Source: Candidatus Hodarchaeota archaeon | GTDB lineage: Archaea > Asgardarchaeota > Lokiarchaeia > Sigyniarchaeales > SOKP01 | Assembly: GCA_048887225.1 (NCBI GenBank) | Contig: JBHLJY010000038.1 | Span: 1 to 15,073 of the forward strand | Direction: 5' to 3' | Length of the DNA: 15,073 bases | Part shown: positions 1 to 7,931 of the stretch, in pieces | Numbering within the stretch: position 1 is the first letter of the stretch | Layout of the letters: every line of letters begins with the position of its first letter | Program-made: the position numbers and the translations under genes | The notes under the pieces: model-generated | Seen by the model: only the letters and a program-made list of their open reading frames with translations | Database searches by the model: none | What the model was told of the DNA's origin: nothing

Positions 1-263
1 ACATTCATTTATTGAATTATCAATCGAGATTGATTCAAGTTAGTAAAATTTATAAAAAAGAGAAGTTAAAACTAATTATTTCATAAATAAATCCTTCAAA
101 AGATTAAAATTAAATTATATTTTAAACTAAAATATGGTAAATTGGATCTTATTATTGTTAAAATCGTTATTGGAAAAATTAAATTTAGGAAAATTGAAAT
201 TGCAATGATTGATCATTATCATTTAAATAGGACATACAACATTTATAATACAAGGTATTTGAA

Positions 264-271
264 TATATAAA
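264..271 (+). promoter_or_regulatory. Putative archaeal TATA box for a leaderless or short-leader ORF1 transcript
   Basis: TATATAAA 31-24 nt upstream of ATG 295; weak evidence in an AT-rich background. Confidence 0.35.
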
Positions 272-294
272 TAGATAAAAAGAACGTAGACATC

Positions 295-2532
295 ATGAAA
301 ATAAAAATAGAGATATTTATAATAACTTTTATCACTTTATTTGTTTTATCGAGTATTTTGAGCTGTAGCTTAAACAGTAATCTAAAAACGACTGACAAAA
401 ATATCCAATATGATGAGATTAACAAAATTGACGAATTTAGAATTCCGAAAAAATTATGGTTTAATAATTCTATGGATCCAATTGTTATTGATAATAGTGC
501 CTCTAATAACTGGACGTGGGCTCGTAATCAGGAGTGGTGTCGATTTGGTAATGGAAGTCGGGACAATCCTTACATTATCGAAAACATAACAATAGACGCC
601 GGTGGTTCGGGCAATGGTATCCTAATTGAGAATTCTATAAATGTGTACTTTGAAATTAACAATTGCACGGTTTACAATTCAGGACCAAGTTGGGAGGTTG
701 CGGGAATTATATTAATAAACACAACTAAGGGAAGAATAATTAATAACACCTGTTCGCTAAATTCCAATGGGATAAGAATACATAAAAGTAATAACAATAC
801 CATCTTAAATAACACCGCAAAAAATAACGATCGAAAAGGGATCTCTATAACGCAAAGTCATAACAACACCTTATCGGGAAACATCGCGAATGATAATTCC
901 AATTATGGGATATACATAGCGTACAGTCATAACAACAACATATCGGGAAACACAGCAAATAACAACGATTATGGGATATATTTACAGTACAGTCATAACA
1001 ACACCATCTCATTTTGCACCGTCTTGTTTAATAATTTAGATGGTATCCACATACTAGGTCCCTGCTATAATAATACCGTCTCGGGAAACACCGCATACAT
1101 CAATGAATATCATGGGATATTTTTAAAGCACAATTTTGACAGCACCATCTCGGGAAACACTGCAAATAAAAACTCTTTTGGGATAACATTATCGTACAGT
1201 AATAACAACACCGTCTCGGGAAACACTGTAAACAACAATGTAATTGGGATAGGTATATTTATAAGTAATAATAACACTGTCTCGGGAAACACCTTAATTG
1301 CTGATACTTATTTTATTTATGAAAGTGGTGGGTCTATAGATAATACTATTAAAGATAATACCTGTTATACAACAATATTGCCTGGTGGAATAAATGAATT
1401 ATCAATTGAACCATATGGTGTTGACAACATCGATGTTAATCTATCAATAGCGCTTAATGATACCACCGCTGTACTTTTCTCTGCTTTTAATAATAATACA
1501 TCAGACGTCCCTCTTGATAATGGGTTAATATTTATGAACTTACAGCTTAACGAAAGTGATAATTTAAATCAAACCTTTGATGCTCCAATTAATATTACAT
1601 TAAAAATCGACGTTAATAAATATAAAGCAATAAATACTTTCTGGTTTAATGAATCTGCCAATGGCGGACAAGGAGCATGGATAGAAATTCCCTTTACTGA
1701 TCTTAGCAATGGTATAATAGTTATTTCCTTAAATCATACATCGCTTTTTGCTCTTAACGGGGAATTAAAGTCAGTTCATTTATCAAAGGACGACAATGAT
1801 GATGATATTAATAACGAAATTAACATCCTTTTTATCATAATTATAGCAATAATTATTGGATTAATGGGTTCAATCGCAGCTTCTTCAATATATTATTATA
1901 AAACAAGCGCTATGCCAACTAAAAAAGAAAGGCTTATAAAAAAACCTCTTTTTAAAAGTTTCGATGAAAAAATTATTAAATTACCAAATTTAAAGGAATA
2001 TCTTGATGATCAAATACTCCTTAAGATATTAGAAGAGAAAAACGGCTTGGCAAAGATTGCTTCGTTAGGTGATTTAAATATAACTACGATATCACCTGAT
2101 TTTTGGGAAAAAATAGATATGTTTGATTGGAATGAAAACGAAAGAGAGGTATTTATTAGAGAAATGCTCTCTTTACTACCTAAAGAGCGGCAGGAAATTT
2201 TTAATGATATGTTGAGGAAAAAAAATAGGAGAAACTCATCGATAAGATCCAATGAAATAATTCGTGAGAAAAGAAATTCAAAGGAATATCTTGATGATCA
2301 AATACTCCTTAAGATATTAGAAGAGAAAAACGGCTTGGCAAAGATTGCTTCGTTAGGTGATTTAAATATAACTACGATATCACCTGATTTTTGGGAAAAA
2401 ATAGATTTGTTTGATTGGAATGAAAACGAAAGAGAGGTATTTATTAGAGAAATGCTCTCTTTACCACCTAAAGAGCGGCAGGAAATTCTTAATGATATTT
2501 TGAAAAAATCAATGATAGTGAGAAAAAAATAA
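295..2532 (+). CDS. Single-pass cell-surface protein: signal/anchor, right-handed parallel beta-helix (NosD/CASH-like) repeats, juxtamembrane beta-domain with GPS/GAIN-like H-T-S-L-F-A-L motif, TM helix, tandem-duplicated cytoplasmic helical domain
   Basis: 745-aa ORF. Hydrophobic N-terminus; 'GNGSRDNPYIIENITID' cap; repeated 'GIxLxxSxNNTxSGNTANxN' coils; many N-x-S/T sequons; acidic linker DDNDDD; TM at about aa 511-535; two ~73-aa C-terminal repeats. Confidence 0.9.
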   Translation: MKIKIEIFIITFITLFVLSSILSCSLNSNLKTTDKNIQYDEINKIDEFRIPKKLWFNNSMDPIVIDNSASNNWTWARNQEWCRFGNGSRDNPYIIENITIDAGGSGNGILIENSINVYFEINNCTVYNSGPSWEVAGIILINTTKGRIINNTCSLNSNGIRIHKSNNNTILNNTAKNNDRKGISITQSHNNTLSGNIANDNSNYGIYIAYSHNNNISGNTANNNDYGIYLQYSHNNTISFCTVLFNNLDGIHILGPCYNNTVSGNTAYINEYHGIFLKHNFDSTISGNTANKNSFGITLSYSNNNTVSGNTVNNNVIGIGIFISNNNTVSGNTLIADTYFIYESGGSIDNTIKDNTCYTTILPGGINELSIEPYGVDNIDVNLSIALNDTTAVLFSAFNNNTSDVPLDNGLIFMNLQLNESDNLNQTFDAPINITLKIDVNKYKAINTFWFNESANGGQGAWIEIPFTDLSNGIIVISLNHTSLFALNGELKSVHLSKDDNDDDINNEINILFIIIIAIIIGLMGSIAASSIYYYKTSAMPTKKERLIKKPLFKSFDEKIIKLPNLKEYLDDQILLKILEEKNGLAKIASLGDLNITTISPDFWEKIDMFDWNENEREVFIREMLSLLPKERQEIFNDMLRKKNRRNSSIRSNEIIREKRNSKEYLDDQILLKILEEKNGLAKIASLGDLNITTISPDFWEKIDLFDWNENEREVFIREMLSLPPKERQEILNDILKKSMIVRKK
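780..1295 (+). repeat. Beta-helix coil repeats (~22-24 aa, ~66-72 bp period)
   Basis: Recurring DNA motif 'agt(c/a)ataacaacacc...tcgggaaacac' encoding S-(H/N)-N-N-T-x-S-G-N-T. Confidence 0.85.
1993..2498 (+). repeat. Near-identical intragenic direct repeat, 218 bp x2 (1993-2210 and 2281-2498)
   Basis: Manual alignment: offset 288 bp (96 codons), 3 mismatches (2119/2407, 2177/2465, 2200/2488). Confidence 0.95.
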
Positions 2533-2549
2533 AAGTTCTAAGCAAAAAA

Positions 2550-3206
2550 TTGAGTATCTCTAATATAGTAGAATTAGAGGAAGTTGTTTATAATGCAATT
2601 CAAGATTATTTAAATAATAATAAAGCCTTTAATATGAATAAGATTGTTCCTTACTTACATAATATATTTAAAAATATATCTATAAATATTAATAAAATTG
2701 GAATTCAAAAGATCATAGCCAATTTAGTAAAAAAAAAAAAGATTGTTGTTGGATCAAAATTAACGAAAAAAGATATACTACTTATCCCTAAAAGGAAAAA
2801 AATATATGATTATATAAGAAAAAATCCAGGAACCTATTTTTTTAGAATTTTAAATGAACTAGGATTAAGTAATAATGTTGTTGTTTGGCATTTAAGTTTA
2901 TTAGAAAAATTTGATTTCATTAGAAAATTAAAAATAGATAATATTGATGTGTATTTTGAATCAAATTTGGATTTAAAAGAAATTAAAAAATTCTATATAC
3001 TTTCAAAAGAGAAATATAAAAACATTATTCAATATCTTAGAATTAACGATACTGGTATTACAAAAACTCAGCTTTCAACAGAACTTAAAATACATCATAA
3101 TACTGCTACAAAATATCTTAATTCTCTTTTAGAATTAGAAGTAATATCTTGTAGAAGAAAATCACGCAAGATATTATATTTTTTAAACGAAAATTACTTG
3201 TTCTAA
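2550..3206 (+). CDS. Multi-winged-helix transcriptional regulator (tandem ArsR/HTH_24-like wHTH, COG3398-like)
   Basis: TTG start 17 bp after the ORF1 stop. 'RKKIYDYIRKNPGTYFFRILNELGLSNNVVVWHLSLLEKFDFI' and 'IIQYLRINDTGITKTQLSTELKIHHNTATKYLNSLLELEVI' are wHTH patterns; the N-terminal ~70 aa is also helical/wHTH-like. Confidence 0.85.
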   Translation: MSISNIVELEEVVYNAIQDYLNNNKAFNMNKIVPYLHNIFKNISININKIGIQKIIANLVKKKKIVVGSKLTKKDILLIPKRKKIYDYIRKNPGTYFFRILNELGLSNNVVVWHLSLLEKFDFIRKLKIDNIDVYFESNLDLKEIKKFYILSKEKYKNIIQYLRINDTGITKTQLSTELKIHHNTATKYLNSLLELEVISCRRKSRKILYFLNENYLF

Positions 3207-3272
3207 TTCTTAACAATCTAAAGTTTTCTTTTGAGAAAATTTAATATTTTGAATCTTTTTTTATAATCTAAG

Positions 3273-4034
3273 ATGAGTATAAAAGGGATTATTTTCGATT
3301 TTGGTTTTACCTTATATTATTTTGAAGATGTTTCGATTGAGAGATATTTTAATTGTTTTAAACGAGGATTACAAAAGTCTGTGGCGTTATTAAAAAAAAA
3401 TAATATTTTAAAGGAGGATTTAATTAAAAAATTTACTAATACATTTCAAAAAAAAAGATTTGATTTCTTTAGGAAAAGTGTGAAAACTAAAAATGAATTT
3501 CCTACTACTTATGTATTTCAAAACGTATTAGGGATGATTTTAGAGAAAGAAATTATTTCTAAATTAACTAAGGAGTTCTATATACAATTAGCTGATTTGT
3601 TTCATTCATGCGAAGAAGATGAGTGGATTCCTTTTAAACAGACTAAAGATATATTAAATAAAATATTAGCGTTAAAGAGAGTTAAAATGGGCGTATTATC
3701 CAATCATCCCCATCATTCTACCATTATAAATCTTCTTAAAAAACACGATTTATTGAAGTATTTTGATGCTGTGGTTACATCTGCCAAGTTTGGCAAAAGA
3801 AAACCTGCTCCAGAAATATTTCATCATACTTTAAAAAAAATGGGCTTAAAAAATGAAGCATGCTCCTCTGTGCTTATGATTGGAGATGAATACGCAGATA
3901 TAGTTGGAGGGCAAAGAGCTGGTTTACAAACAATCCTATTTGAACGTGAATATAAATTTCCCTTTGAAAAGGAAATTGATGATCCTAATTTAAGAAAAAT
4001 ACATAATATTGGGGAGATTCTGGATTTTATATGA
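3273..4034 (+). CDS. HAD-superfamily hydrolase, subfamily IA
   Basis: Motif I 'IIFDFGFTL', motif II 'VLSN', motif III 'RKPAPEIF', motif IV 'MIGDEYADIVGG'. Confidence 0.9.
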   Translation: MSIKGIIFDFGFTLYYFEDVSIERYFNCFKRGLQKSVALLKKNNILKEDLIKKFTNTFQKKRFDFFRKSVKTKNEFPTTYVFQNVLGMILEKEIISKLTKEFYIQLADLFHSCEEDEWIPFKQTKDILNKILALKRVKMGVLSNHPHHSTIINLLKKHDLLKYFDAVVTSAKFGKRKPAPEIFHHTLKKMGLKNEACSSVLMIGDEYADIVGGQRAGLQTILFEREYKFPFEKEIDDPNLRKIHNIGEILDFI

Positions 4035-4086
4035 TAAATTAATAAATTGTAGAAAAAAAAATTAAACAAGAAAAAGAGCTAAGATA

Positions 4087-5568
4087 TTGTCGAATAATGA
4101 AATAATTCATTTATTTCTAAATCCAAAGTCCGTGGCTATTATAGGTGCATCAAAAAATCCAATGAAAGGAGGAAATTGGATTGTAAATAACCTCACATCA
4201 AATAATTTTAAGGGTGAAATTTATCCGATAAACCCTAATTCAGAGGGGCAAATATACGGCTTAGACATTAAGAAATCTGTTTTAGATATTGATAAAAAGG
4301 TTGATCTTGCAATTTTCTATGTCCCAAATTGGGTTATTCCAAGTATATTAGAAGAATGTATAGAGAAAGGCATTAAAGGTGCTATTATTGAGACTTCTGG
4401 ATTTGAAGAGGTAGGAGATAAAGGTTTAGAATTGAGAGATCAAATCCTTAAAATTACGGATAATTTTAAAAAAATTAGAATTGTTGGTCCTAACTGCATG
4501 GGAATTACTAGAATTGATAACAATAGTAATAGTGAGGAGAGAGGGGGATTTTTTTCAGGATTTGGAGTTTTTAATAATTATAAAAGAGGAAATATTGCGA
4601 TAATTAGTCAATCAGGAATGTTGAACGGGGGGTATTTAATGCATATAATGGAAAAATATCCTGATATAGGCTTTAGATATTCATGCGCAATTGGAAACAA
4701 AATGGATTTAAGTGAACTAGAGTTCCTTGAATATTTTATTAATGATTCTACTGTAAATGTCATTGCAATATATCTAGAATCATTCAAAGATCCGAGGAAA
4801 TTCATTGAATTATGCAGAAAAGCTAAAAAAATTCCAAACAAGACTATTATATTGGCAAAAGGAGGATTAACACCTCAAGGTCAGAAAGCTACTCTGAGCC
4901 ATACAGGATCTATTGCTGAAAACTTACAATTGATTGAAGCTATAATCAAACAATCAGGTATAATAAGAGCTCACAGCTTCTATGAATTATTTCAGTTTGC
5001 CAGAACATTTTCAATGATGTATAACACGGGGAAGGAATTACCCAGAAAGGGTAATGTTACTACAATTGTAGGTTCCGGGGGAGCAGGCACAATAATTGCC
5101 GATCTTCTTATGCATTATGGATTAAATCTTCCACTTTTCGGAGATAAGGCATATAGAGCCCTTGAAGAGATATTTCCTACCTGGATGCCTCCAAATCGAT
5201 TTAGTCTCATAGATATTTGGCCAGCAATGGAGAAGGCTATGAAGAATAAGATTGATCGCGCAGAGTTATTGAAATTAGTATATGATGCAGTATTAGGAGA
5301 ACCCGATATTGAAGGCTTTTTTAATATGATCTTTTGCTCAAAACGCTTTAGAAGGGACTGGAATGTCGATGAATTGATAGAAAATGCAATTCAAATCTCA
5401 AAACCGATTTTTTTCTGGTTAATTGGTGAGGCAGAGGAAGTTCAATATATATCACAACTGTTAGCTAAGAATAACATTCCTAGCTTTACCAATTTGGAAG
5501 AAATGGTTAAAAATTTTTGGATTTTGGTCCAAGAATCAAAAAATAGAAAACAAGAAGATAGGTTCTAA
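4087..5568 (+). CDS. acdA: ADP-forming acyl-CoA synthetase alpha-subunit family (CoA-binding + ligase-CoA domains)
   Basis: 'LNPKSVAIIGAS', 'IYPINP', 'GPNCMG', 'SQSG', 'GNKMD', phospho-His motif 'SHTGS', 'GSGGAG'. TTG start; no ATP-grasp beta domain in the ORF. Confidence 0.85.
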   Translation: MSNNEIIHLFLNPKSVAIIGASKNPMKGGNWIVNNLTSNNFKGEIYPINPNSEGQIYGLDIKKSVLDIDKKVDLAIFYVPNWVIPSILEECIEKGIKGAIIETSGFEEVGDKGLELRDQILKITDNFKKIRIVGPNCMGITRIDNNSNSEERGGFFSGFGVFNNYKRGNIAIISQSGMLNGGYLMHIMEKYPDIGFRYSCAIGNKMDLSELEFLEYFINDSTVNVIAIYLESFKDPRKFIELCRKAKKIPNKTIILAKGGLTPQGQKATLSHTGSIAENLQLIEAIIKQSGIIRAHSFYELFQFARTFSMMYNTGKELPRKGNVTTIVGSGGAGTIIADLLMHYGLNLPLFGDKAYRALEEIFPTWMPPNRFSLIDIWPAMEKAMKNKIDRAELLKLVYDAVLGEPDIEGFFNMIFCSKRFRRDWNVDELIENAIQISKPIFFWLIGEAEEVQYISQLLAKNNIPSFTNLEEMVKNFWILVQESKNRKQEDRF

Positions 5569-5585
5569 TCATTTTTCAATTACTA

Positions 5586-5660
5586 TGACTCTGGGGGGAT
5601 TTGAACCCCCGATTTTTAGCTCCGCAAGCTAACGCCCCATCCATGCTAGGCTACAGAGTC
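5586..5660 (-). tRNA. tRNA-Arg(GCG), intronless, CCA not encoded
   Basis: Reverse complement folds as GACTCTG-TA-GCCT-AGCATGGATG-GGGC-G-TTAGC-TTGCGGA-GCTAA-AAATC-GGGGG-TTCAAAT-CCCCC-CAGAGTC-A. All four stems pair; anticodon GCG; A20 Arg identity element; archaeal-type T loop TTCAAAT. Confidence 0.96.
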
Positions 5661-5743
5661 GTTATATTTATTTATCGTAAAAAATTATTAGCATATTTTA
5701 ATTCTCTATAATAATAAATTAATTTAGCGTTTTAGATAAAATT

Positions 5744-6409
5744 ATGTTTGGTGATTATTGCGTTATATTTGACATGGACGGAGTTCTGGCTGACACAGGA
5801 CCAATACATTTCGAAAGTTGGGTTAAAATGGCTAATGAGATTAATGTGGAGTTTACACGAGAGTTTTTTGAAGAAACGTTTGGTCAACAAAGTGTAACAA
5901 TTACTCGTAAATTATTAGGCGAGAAAGTTGATAATGAAGAACTTGTAAAGAGGGCTTATCTTAAAGAACTTTATTATCGAGAAATGGTAAAAGATAAATT
6001 AGAACCTTTACCTGGTGTTATTGAATTAATAAGAAATCTTAAAGACAAAAAGTTTAAACTCGCAGTTGGCTCAAGCGGACCACCTGAAAATGTAGAATTA
6101 TTATTAAATAGTTTGCAAGTTAAAAAATATTTTGATGCTATTATAACTGCTGATGATGTTTCAAATAGTAAACCAGCACCAGATGTTTTTTTAATCGCAG
6201 CTAAACGCCTTCAAATTAATCCTAAAAATTGCATAGTTATTGAAGACGCCCCTGTTGGCATAGAAGCAGCAATCAGGGCTAAAATGAAATCAATTGCCAT
6301 TACAACAACACACGATAAAAACGAGCTAACTTCTGCTGATTTAATTGTAAAAGATTTATCATTTGTTAGTATTAAAGATATTATCAAATTATTAAAAATA
6401 GAGAAATAA
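5744..6409 (+). CDS. HAD family phosphatase, beta-phosphoglucomutase/CbbY-like
   Basis: 'IFDMDGVLADT', 'VGSSG', 'SKPAPDVF', 'IEDAPVGIEAA'. Confidence 0.92.
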   Translation: MFGDYCVIFDMDGVLADTGPIHFESWVKMANEINVEFTREFFEETFGQQSVTITRKLLGEKVDNEELVKRAYLKELYYREMVKDKLEPLPGVIELIRNLKDKKFKLAVGSSGPPENVELLLNSLQVKKYFDAIITADDVSNSKPAPDVFLIAAKRLQINPKNCIVIEDAPVGIEAAIRAKMKSIAITTTHDKNELTSADLIVKDLSFVSIKDIIKLLKIEK

Positions 6410-6411
6410 GA

Positions 6412-6774
6412 ATGTGTCCGATGTATGAAGGTTTTCCAGCAGTAATATACTCTGGATTATGGATACTTCGAACTTTTAGAAGATTAGAGAAAGTTTTCCC
6501 GAATTTACCAATTACTATAGTTGTGCTTTTAACTGATTCTCCTCCAGCGTTCATTGTTAGGATTGATAAAGGAAATTTTGAAATCGAAATGCTAGAGGCT
6601 GTAAAGAAACCCAAAGATTTAGATGATATTGAATGTGATGGATATTTAGCTCTTCCTACTGAAATACTTTATAAAGGACCCGAGGGCATTAGGGATGGCA
6701 TTGCTGAAAAGAAAGTTAAGATAAAGAATTATGAAATTTTAACAATTTTAGCAAAATTGGCGGGTGTTGGTTAA
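6412..6774 (+). CDS. Small hypothetical protein, probable SCP2 (sterol carrier)-like fold
   Basis: 120 aa with 2-bp gaps to both neighbours. Pattern 'AFIVRIDKGNFEI...ECDGYL...IAEKKVKIK' resembles SCP2 domains (recognised by eye). Confidence 0.6.
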   Translation: MCPMYEGFPAVIYSGLWILRTFRRLEKVFPNLPITIVVLLTDSPPAFIVRIDKGNFEIEMLEAVKKPKDLDDIECDGYLALPTEILYKGPEGIRDGIAEKKVKIKNYEILTILAKLAGVG

Positions 6775-6776
6775 GA

Positions 6777-7928
6777 ATGGTAAAAATAATGTCTGCTCTT
6801 GAAAGAATTCTAACGGTGTTGGAAGGAAGAATTCCCGATAGAATTCCAAGCTTCTGCTTGGGAGGAGATTTTGATTTTGTCGATAAATTTATGAAATCTC
6901 CTTATGCCTTAACCGATGAAGATATGAAACAATTAGATAAAGATAAAATATCATATAGAATACCATATATACAAGCAATAATAGCCAAATTTTCACAACC
7001 CGAAATATTACCTGGTGGACTTGATGCAAAAATCGACCTCTGTTGGCAAAATCCTAATATGCCCTTACCTATAAAACTTGATACTCTAAATGATTTTGTT
7101 ATGTACAACGGTGGCAAGTTTAAAATTGTTGTTCGTGATGAAGGAATTCCACACTGGTGGTACGCGGGTCCTGCACTTTTAAAAAAAGAAAATATCGAAG
7201 AATATTGGAGTAAAGAAAATGACTTAAAACCTCATGAATCAAGCGTTAGGAGCTTTGCAAAAATACGAAAAACAATGTTAAAAAAATATGATATTGTAGT
7301 TGCCCAAGGTCAACCTGGTCCTTTTGAAAATTGCGTTTTTGGAATTGGACATGCGAATTTTGCGCGTTTAGCGAGAAAAAATCCAAGTTATTTAAAACAA
7401 CTTATAGAATTTCAATGGGAAACGTTTGAAGAACCTATGTTAAAAATGATAATGAGAACCAAACCTGAAGTCGTAATGTGTGGAGATGACTATGGATATA
7501 ATAAAGGTCTCCAAATGCATGTGGAACATTGGCGTAAATTTATAAAACCTATTCTGGCAAATTACGTAAGCATCGTACATGATGAAGGAGCAAAATTTAT
7601 TTTACATAGTTGTGGAGATCTTCACGAAATTTTTCCAGATTTTGTTGAAATTGGCATTGAAGGTGTAGAATCGTTAAAACCAAAAAATAATGATTTGAGA
7701 ATGTATAGAGAAAAATATCCAGAAATTTCTCTTGTTGGAACTATTGACGATTCAGAGATGTTAACATATGAATCACCTCAATTTATAAGAAATTCAGTTA
7801 AAAAAACAATAAAGACTTTAGGAAAGAAAGGAGGTTTTATTCCAGGACCCACTAATTACTTATTAAATCAACCCCCGCAGAATATAGTTGCTTTATACAA
7901 AGGCATACAGGAATTTGGGAAATATTAA
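6777..7928 (+). CDS. Uroporphyrinogen decarboxylase / MtaA-CmuA methyltransferase superfamily protein
   Basis: 'SALERI...EGRIPDRIP' N-terminus, 'GDDYG', 'FILHSCG', 'GIEGVESL', 'LVGTID', 'GGFIPG'. The true start may be ATG 6789. Confidence 0.88.
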   Translation: MVKIMSALERILTVLEGRIPDRIPSFCLGGDFDFVDKFMKSPYALTDEDMKQLDKDKISYRIPYIQAIIAKFSQPEILPGGLDAKIDLCWQNPNMPLPIKLDTLNDFVMYNGGKFKIVVRDEGIPHWWYAGPALLKKENIEEYWSKENDLKPHESSVRSFAKIRKTMLKKYDIVVAQGQPGPFENCVFGIGHANFARLARKNPSYLKQLIEFQWETFEEPMLKMIMRTKPEVVMCGDDYGYNKGLQMHVEHWRKFIKPILANYVSIVHDEGAKFILHSCGDLHEIFPDFVEIGIEGVESLKPKNNDLRMYREKYPEISLVGTIDDSEMLTYESPQFIRNSVKKTIKTLGKKGGFIPGPTNYLLNQPPQNIVALYKGIQEFGKY

Positions 7929-7931
7929 AAT

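Noticed and set aside
202-220. Fur box upstream of ORF1
   Set aside because: Only about 12/19 match to the bacterial consensus without a gap, in AT-rich archaeal DNA.
243-425. Antisense hydrophobic ORFs at 243-425, 9330-9515 and 12777-12962 as small membrane proteins or toxins
   Set aside because: They are shadows of AT-rich signal-peptide coding regions; their recurrence follows from the duplication and shared composition.
780-1295. CRISPR-like array (~66-bp periodic repeats)
   Set aside because: The repeats are degenerate, in frame and encode beta-helix coils; no cas genes or leader.
5586-5660. tRNA-Arg as an integration site of an island
   Set aside because: No duplicated tRNA 3' end or integrase seen; both flanks are ordinary metabolic genes.
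6777-7928. Calling the gene hemE or mtaA
   Set aside because: Only superfamily-level motifs are visible; the third Zn-ligand Cys of MtaA and the HemE N-terminal RQAGR motif are absent.
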